A DNA stretch of 30,636 bases from a virus (Duplodnaviria > Caudoviricetes): positions 1-30,636 of IMG/VR virus record IMGVR_UViG_3300028585_000055. One strand, given 5' to 3'. This document shows positions 25,296 to 30,636 of this stretch, one piece after another. The notes beneath the pieces are model-generated. The model was given only the letters and a program-made list of their open reading frames with translations, did no database searches and was not told where the DNA came from. Position numbers and translations under genes: made by a program. Position 1 is the first letter of the stretch, and every line of letters begins with the position of its first letter.

Positions 25296-25633
25296 TGCCC
25301 GACACCTTCACCTGGAAGCCGGACAAGTCCGCCCCGGGCACGTTCACCCAGCGGGTACGCTCGGCCCAGTTCGGCGGGGGCTACACCCAGCGCGCCGCCG
25401 ACGGCATCAACAACGAAACACAGTCGTGGGACCTGACCTTCACGGGCAACAAGCCGCGAATCAGGGAAATCCTGAGCTTCCTGCGGGCCCAGCAGGGCTA
25501 CAAGGCGTTCATCTGGACGCCGCCCTTCGACGGCCCGCTGTACTTCACCTGCGCCAGCTTCAAGCCGACCGATCAGGGCGGCGGGGCATGGATGCTCACC
25601 GCCACCTTTGAACAGACGCACCAGGTGACCTGA
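25295..25633 (+). CDS. Minor tail protein M (distal tail)
   Basis: FTW.P, VRSAQFGGGYTQR.ADGIN, FL...QGYKAF.WTPP, TATFEQ. Confidence 0.9.
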   Translation: MPDTFTWKPDKSAPGTFTQRVRSAQFGGGYTQRAADGINNETQSWDLTFTGNKPRIREILSFLRAQQGYKAFIWTPPFDGPLYFTCASFKPTDQGGGAWMLTATFEQTHQVT

Positions 25634-26331
25634 TGGCCGAAAGCATTTACGAGGACATCCAGCGCCTGGAGGTCGGCCAGTACGTAGAGCTGTTCGAACT
25701 GGACCTGTCCGGGCTGGATGGCGACGTGTATCGGTTCCATGGTTACACCAAGGTGGGCCCGATCTACTGGCAGGGCCTGGAATACTCGCCCTGGCCAATC
25801 AAGGTCGAAGGGATGGGCATGACCGGGGAGGGCCAGCAGAGCAATCCGATGCTCACCGTGGCCAACGTGACCGGGTTCATCACCGCGCTGTGCGCGACGT
25901 ACCAGGACTTGGTCGACGCCAAGGTGGTACGGCACCGCACGCTGGGCCGGTACCTGGATGCCGCCAACTTCCCCGGCGGCAACCCCGAGGCCGACCCGAC
26001 CGAGTACTTCGCCGACGACCTCTACACTATTGACCAGAAGCAGGCCGCCGACAGCCAGACCGTGGCCTTCGTGCTGAAGTCCCCGCTGATCGCCACCGAC
26101 CGCAAGCTGCCGGGTCGCCAGATCGTAGCCAACTGCTGCCAGTGGCTGACCATCGGCGGCTATCGAGGTCCGTACTGCGCCTACACCGGCAGCGTGTACG
26201 CCACCGACGACGACGTGCTGACCGACGACCCCGCCAAGGACATGTGTTCCGGCACGCTCACCGGCTGCAAGCTGCGGTTCGGTGCCAACAACCCGCTGCG
26301 CTATGGATCGTATCCAAGCGCCGGCTACTGA
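25633..26331 (+). CDS. Minor tail protein L
   Basis: VELFELD, LPGRQI..NCCQW....YRGPYC.Y, D.CSGTLTGCKLRFG (Fe-S cysteines). Confidence 0.92.
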   Translation: MAESIYEDIQRLEVGQYVELFELDLSGLDGDVYRFHGYTKVGPIYWQGLEYSPWPIKVEGMGMTGEGQQSNPMLTVANVTGFITALCATYQDLVDAKVVRHRTLGRYLDAANFPGGNPEADPTEYFADDLYTIDQKQAADSQTVAFVLKSPLIATDRKLPGRQIVANCCQWLTIGGYRGPYCAYTGSVYATDDDVLTDDPAKDMCSGTLTGCKLRFGANNPLRYGSYPSAGY

Positions 26332-26345
26332 CATTGAGGCTTGCC

Positions 26346-26600
26346 ATGGACTACTTCCTTACCATCTCTGACCTGTATCGGCAGTCGGGTGGAGTTATCA
26401 GTGGAGAGACGGCTGAAATCACCATCCTCGCTCGCGGCGTAGAGGTTGATCGGTTGCGCCTTTCCGGAAAAGTCGGCCCTGGCGGCGCGGGGCACCGCAC
26501 ACGGTATAAGGGCAGGGCGGGACTGACTGTTCTTGTGACGGCCGGATCTTGCAAGGCGCAGCTGACCCCAGCCGGCCAGTTGGTCAATCCAGGGGCGTAG
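26346..26600 (+). CDS. Hypothetical small beta-rich protein (insertion)
   Basis: SD GAGG, ATG 26346; MDYFLTISDLYRQSGGVISGETAEITIL... Confidence 0.55.
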   Translation: MDYFLTISDLYRQSGGVISGETAEITILARGVEVDRLRLSGKVGPGGAGHRTRYKGRAGLTVLVTAGSCKAQLTPAGQLVNPGA

Positions 26601-26814
26601 AGCCCATGAACTCGTCTGTCCCAAGCTTATGGGAGCCGTAGCTGACCTTATAGCCGGGACCGCGGTTTTGAGCTTCCGCTTCGGCAGCTTCCTTCGTCGC
26701 GTAGATGTCAACGAAGCGCCATGGGGCGTTCTGTACTATTGCCCACCCTAGAACCCAGCCCGGCGAATCCGGGTCGGCGGGAAGATTGCTCGCAAGACTT
26801 CGAATGGTAGCCAT
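26584..26814 (-). CDS. Antisense-oriented hypothetical protein (moron)
   Basis: SD AAGGAG, ATG 26814; MATIRSLASNLPADPDSPGWVLGWAIVQNAPWRFVDIYATKEAAEAEA... Confidence 0.7.
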   Translation of the reverse strand: MATIRSLASNLPADPDSPGWVLGWAIVQNAPWRFVDIYATKEAAEAEAQNRGPGYKVSYGSHKLGTDEFMGSTPLD

Positions 26815-26901
26815 TGCCACTCCTTGGTTTGATGAGCTGCAACGCTACCTCAGTCGTCTTTCAGCCGTTACTGGCATTACATCCACGCTGGATGCACACA
26901 C

Positions 26902-27672
26902 ATGCGAATTTCCAAAGAAACCATCCAGGCGATCTACGACGACGCCCGCACCCGGCTGCCCGAAGAGGCGTGCGGCTTCATCGTCCGCGCCGGCCGGGCC
27001 CACCGTTACATGCCCGTGGTCAACACCGCGGCCAATCCGCTGGAAGACTTTCGCATCAGTGCCGAGGAATGGGCCGAAGCCGAAGACGCCGGCAAGATCG
27101 TGGCTATCGTGCACAGCCACCCGGGCCAGTCAGCGCGCCTGAGCCATGCCGACCGGGTATCAATGGAGGCCACGGGCCTGCCCTGGTTGGTGGTCGAAGT
27201 CCGCGAAGGCGAGCCCACCGGTCACCTGATCCACGAACCCAGCAGGTACCAGGCGCCGCTGGTAGGCCGGCCATTCCAGCACGGCGTGCTCGACTGTTAC
27301 ACCCTGGTGCGCGACTACTACCAGCGCGAGCTGGGAATCGAGCTGCCGAACTACGAGCGTGAGGACGGCTGGTGGGACAAGGGCCAGGACCTCTACGCCG
27401 ACAACTTCGCAGCCGCCGGCTTCGAGCCGGTCAGCGGGGACGATCTGCGCCAGGGTGACCTGATCGTGATGCAGGTTCGGTCCCCGGTCGCTAACCACGC
27501 CGGCGTGTACCTAGCCGACGGCGTGCTCAAGACCGAACCCGACCTGCACCCGGTGCCCGGCGCCATTCTGCATCATCTATATGGCCGCGACTCCAAGCGT
27601 GATCCCTTTGGGGGCTATTGGAGGGAGGCCGCCCGCTTCTACATGCGACACAAGGATTCCCCCTATGGTTGA
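26902..27672 (+). CDS. Tail tip protein K (JAB/MPN plus NlpC/P60)
   Basis: PEEACG, VHSHP...S.AD; DCYTLVRDYY, NHAGVY, ILHH. Confidence 0.92.
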   Translation: MRISKETIQAIYDDARTRLPEEACGFIVRAGRAHRYMPVVNTAANPLEDFRISAEEWAEAEDAGKIVAIVHSHPGQSARLSHADRVSMEATGLPWLVVEVREGEPTGHLIHEPSRYQAPLVGRPFQHGVLDCYTLVRDYYQRELGIELPNYEREDGWWDKGQDLYADNFAAAGFEPVSGDDLRQGDLIVMQVRSPVANHAGVYLADGVLKTEPDLHPVPGAILHHLYGRDSKRDPFGGYWREAARFYMRHKDSPYG

Positions 27673-28294
27673 GCGTCTTCGCACCGTAAGGCTTTACGGC
27701 GAGATGGGGCGTCTGTTCGGCCGCGTTCATTACCTTGCTGTGCACTCTGCGGCTGAAGCGGTACGGGCGCTTTCGGTCCTCTTCCCTGGATTCGACCGTT
27801 ACCTTATTGAATCGAAAAATCGAGGCTTGGCTTTCGCTGTGTTCTACGGCAAGCGCAACCTGGGCGCCGAGCAGCTGGCAGACCCGCCCAGCCATAACGA
27901 CATTCGCATCGCCCCAGTGGTCCAGGGCAGCAAGAGCGGTGGCGGGCTTCAGGTTGTCTTGGGCATCGCCCTTATCGCCATCGCCACAATCGCCACCGGG
28001 GGCATCGCAGGGCTGGCGTCTGCGAGCGCTTGGGGCGCGGCCATTGGCGGAGCCGGCTGGGGAATCGTGGGCTCCATTGGCCTATCCCTTGCGCTGGGCG
28101 GCGTGGCTCAGCTGATCTCGGGCACGCAGAAAGGCATCGACAGCGCCGAGAGCGCGGACAACAAGCCCAGCTACAACTTCTCCGGCATCAAGAACACCAC
28201 CACCCAGGGCAACCCGGTCCCGCTGTGCTACGGCGAGATGACCGTGGGCTCTGCCTGCATTTCGCTGGGCATCGTCGCCGAAGACGAGCAATAG
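27665..28294 (+). CDS. Tail assembly protein I
   Basis: LRTVRLYG.MG..FGR, EAVRAL, IRIAPVVQGSK, SYNFSG..NTT.QG.PVPLCYG. Confidence 0.92.
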   Translation: MVERLRTVRLYGEMGRLFGRVHYLAVHSAAEAVRALSVLFPGFDRYLIESKNRGLAFAVFYGKRNLGAEQLADPPSHNDIRIAPVVQGSKSGGGLQVVLGIALIAIATIATGGIAGLASASAWGAAIGGAGWGIVGSIGLSLALGGVAQLISGTQKGIDSAESADNKPSYNFSGIKNTTTQGNPVPLCYGEMTVGSACISLGIVAEDEQ

Positions 28295-28302
28295 AGGCAC
28301 GC

Positions 28303-30636
28303 ATGAACATGATGGTAGTCCGGGGCGCCAAAGGCAGCTCCAGCACGCACACGCCTGTAGAAAGCCCCGACAGCCTGATCAACACCAGCTACGCCAACGT
28401 GCTGGACGCCATCAGTGAAGGCCCGATGGTGGGGCTGGTCAACGGCGCACAATCGATCTATTTCGACGAAACCCCGCTGGCGAACAGCGACGGCACGCTG
28501 AACTTCACCGGCGTGACCTGGGAGCAGCGGACCGGCGAGCACGATCAGGACTACATCACCGGCTTCCCCGCGGTGGAAAGCGAGCACTCGGTCGGCGTGG
28601 AGCTAAAGGCAAACCAGCCGTGGACGCAGGCCATCAGCAACCTGCAGCTGTCCGCGATCCGCCTCCAGCTGGGCGCCTCGACTTTGTACAAGCAGGAAAG
28701 CGACGGCGATACCGTAGGCTACACCGTGAGCTATCAGGTGCTGCTGTCCACCGACGGCTCCGACTATGTACCGGTGATCACCGCCTCCTTCAGCGGCAAG
28801 ACCACCAGCGGCTACCAGCGCTCGCACCGTGTGGATCTGCCAGCGGCCGAGGAAGGCTGGTCCATTCGCGTACTGCGGACGACCCCGGATTCGACCAGCT
28901 CGAGCATCCAGGCCACCACCAGCGTGGTCAGCTACACCGAGGTGATCGACGCCAAGCTCCAGTATCCATACACCGCGCTGGTTGGCATGAAGATCGACGC
29001 CAGCCAGTTTTCGTCAATCCCCGAGCGGGCCTACCGCATTCGTGGCCGGATCATCTCGGTTCCGGTCAACTACGAGCCATCCACCCGTACCTACACCGGC
29101 ACGTGGGATGGCACGTTCAAGCTCGCCTGGACGGACAACCCGGCATGGATCTACCGCGACCTGATCCTGAATGACCGCTATGGCCTGGGCCGTTTCATCA
29201 GCGAATCGCAAGTGGACAAGTGGGCGCTGTACCAGATCTCGCGCTACTGCGATGAGCCGGTGGACGATGGCAAGGGCGGTACCGAGCCGCGATTCACCTG
29301 CAACCTGTACCTCCAGTCCCGCAACGACGCGCTCACCGTGCTCCAGGACATCGCCAGCATCTTCCGTGGCATGGCCTACTACGCGGGCAGCGAGGTAACC
29401 GTTTCGGCGGATATGCCGAGCGACCCGGTCTACACCTACACCAATGCCAACGTGATCGATGGCAAGTTCTCCCGCGCCGGATCGTCGGGCTCGACTCGCT
29501 ACAGCGTGGCCAAGGTGAGCTGGACCGACCGCGATAACTTCGGTGAGCAGAAGGTCGAATACGTCCAGAATCAGAAGTCCGTCGCGCGTTACGGTATCCG
29601 CGAAACCGAGCTGACGGCCTTCGGCTGCGTGTCGCAGGGCCAGGCGCAGCGCCTCGGGCATTACACGCTGCTGACCAACCAGCTTGAGACGGACACCATC
29701 AGCTTCAGTGTGGGCCTGGACGGGGTGATCGCGCGCCCCGGGCAGATCGTACGCGTAGCTGACCAGAACCACGCGGGCCGACCCATCGGTGGGCGCCTCA
29801 AGAGCGCAACCACCGGCGCGGTAGTGGTGGACGACGACCTGACGGTAGCCGCAGGCGACACGCTGGTAGTCATCCAGCCCAACGGCAAGGCCCAGACCCG
29901 CATCATCCGCGCGATGAACGGGCGGACCCTGACCGTTACCGAGGACTTCGACGAAGCGCCGCTGGCCGAATCGATCTATGCGATCGAGACCGCCGAGGTG
30001 GTGCCGGAGACGTACCGCATCCTGACCGTTACCGAGAACTTCGGTGACGACAAGCTGCAGTACGATCTGGTAGCCGTCCAGCACAACGCCAGCAAGTTCG
30101 CCGCCATCGACAACGGCGCCCAGATCGTCACCCTGCCGACTACGACCCTGCCGAGCTCCGTCCAGGCCAAGCCCACGAATGTGGCGCTGTCGACCTTCGA
30201 CGCGGTGAAGCAGGGCCTGACCGTGGCCACGATGCGGGTCACTTGGGATGCCGCAAAGGGCGCCAACAGCTACAACGTGTGGTGGAAGCGCGACTCGGGC
30301 GACTGGGTATATGCCGGCGTCACCTACACGACCTCGATTGAGGTGTCCGGCATCTATACCGGCACCTACACCGCCCGGGTGTCAGCCGTCGGCGTGGGTA
30401 ATGCCACTTCGCTGTGGGCCTACTCCGAGCCGACCGAGCTGTACGGCAAAACCGGCGAGCCCCCGGCGCTGGCCAGCTTCTCGACCGTGTCCGAGGTGTT
30501 CGGCATCCGCCTGCACTGGGCCTTCCCGGCCGGCGCACAGGACACGCTGTACACCGAGGTGCAGGAATCGGCCGCGTCTGACGGAAGCAATCCAACTCAG
30601 CTTGGGCTGGTTTCCTATCCGGCCGTGACCTACCTG
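28303..30636 (+). CDS. Host specificity/central tail fibre J (truncated by window end; absent from ORF track)
   Basis: SD GAGG, MNMMVVRGAKGSSSTHTPVESPDSL..., SEGP..GLV, WDGTFK.AWTDNPAW, EPRFTCN, FN3-like region; reads through to the window end. Confidence 0.92.
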   Translation, partial: MNMMVVRGAKGSSSTHTPVESPDSLINTSYANVLDAISEGPMVGLVNGAQSIYFDETPLANSDGTLNFTGVTWEQRTGEHDQDYITGFPAVESEHSVGVELKANQPWTQAISNLQLSAIRLQLGASTLYKQESDGDTVGYTVSYQVLLSTDGSDYVPVITASFSGKTTSGYQRSHRVDLPAAEEGWSIRVLRTTPDSTSSSIQATTSVVSYTEVIDAKLQYPYTALVGMKIDASQFSSIPERAYRIRGRIISVPVNYEPSTRTYTGTWDGTFKLAWTDNPAWIYRDLILNDRYGLGRFISESQVDKWALYQISRYCDEPVDDGKGGTEPRFTCNLYLQSRNDALTVLQDIASIFRGMAYYAGSEVTVSADMPSDPVYTYTNANVIDGKFSRAGSSGSTRYSVAKVSWTDRDNFGEQKVEYVQNQKSVARYGIRETELTAFGCVSQGQAQRLGHYTLLTNQLETDTISFSVGLDGVIARPGQIVRVADQNHAGRPIGGRLKSATTGAVVVDDDLTVAAGDTLVVIQPNGKAQTRIIRAMNGRTLTVTEDFDEAPLAESIYAIETAEVVPETYRILTVTENFGDDKLQYDLVAVQHNASKFAAIDNGAQIVTLPTTTLPSSVQAKPTNVALSTFDAVKQGLTVATMRVTWDAAKGANSYNVWWKRDSGDWVYAGVTYTTSIEVSGIYTGTYTARVSAVGVGNATSLWAYSEPTELYGKTGEPPALASFSTVSEVFGIRLHWAFPAGAQDTLYTEVQESAASDGSNPTQLGLVSYPAVTYL

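Larger units (their letters stand above)
1..30636 (+). mobile_element. Lambdoid siphovirus-type temperate phage/prophage (internal segment; no ends visible)
   Basis: Canonical order cI-cro-O-helicase-nin-Q-holin-terminase-head-tail. Confidence 0.95.

Noticed and set aside
26902-27672. NlpC/P60 domain as the missing endolysin, or JAB as a defence-system component
   Set aside because: JAB plus NlpC/P60 between L and I is the standard lambda gpK architecture.
1-30636. tRNA, integrase/att, IS elements, reverse transcriptase/DGR, methyltransferase
   Set aside because: None recognised by eye. Intergenic spaces are short and mostly explained, but a tRNAscan/Infernal run would be needed to exclude small RNAs.

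Overview
The window is a contiguous 30.6 kb stretch of a lambdoid, long-tailed (siphovirus-type) temperate phage or prophage, almost all on the + strand. A Pseudomonas-like host is inferred from GC-rich codon usage and protein resemblances. It starts at the immunity switch: the first 11 codons of a leftward cI-like gene, PR/operators and cro. Next come two small RHH-like regulators, an O-like initiator with iterons, and a DnaB helicase. A nin-type accessory region follows, encoding a PD-(D/E)XK nuclease, an Ead/Ea22-like protein, a stand-alone ClpX-type C4 zinc finger, NinB, an HNH endonuclease, a Ref-like nuclease, a PL7 alginate lyase and RusA. Then come Q and the late promoter, a GIY-YIG gene inside the late leader, a three-gene membrane/holin module with no endolysin, terminase, portal, head, neck and tail genes with a G/T -1 frameshift, tape measure, and M-L-K-I-J (J runs off the end). 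The most unusual items are four. (1) A PA1167-like PL7 alginate lyase with no signal peptide and an extra C-terminal helical region, embedded in the early nin operon. (2) A free ClpX zinc-binding domain in an operon where 8 of 16 early proteins end in Ala-Ala, a possible ClpXP degron. (3) A GIY-YIG nuclease between pR' and its terminator. (4) A small protein made of J/DUF1983-like motifs in reversed order. All family calls come from motif recognition and synteny; no database searches were run.
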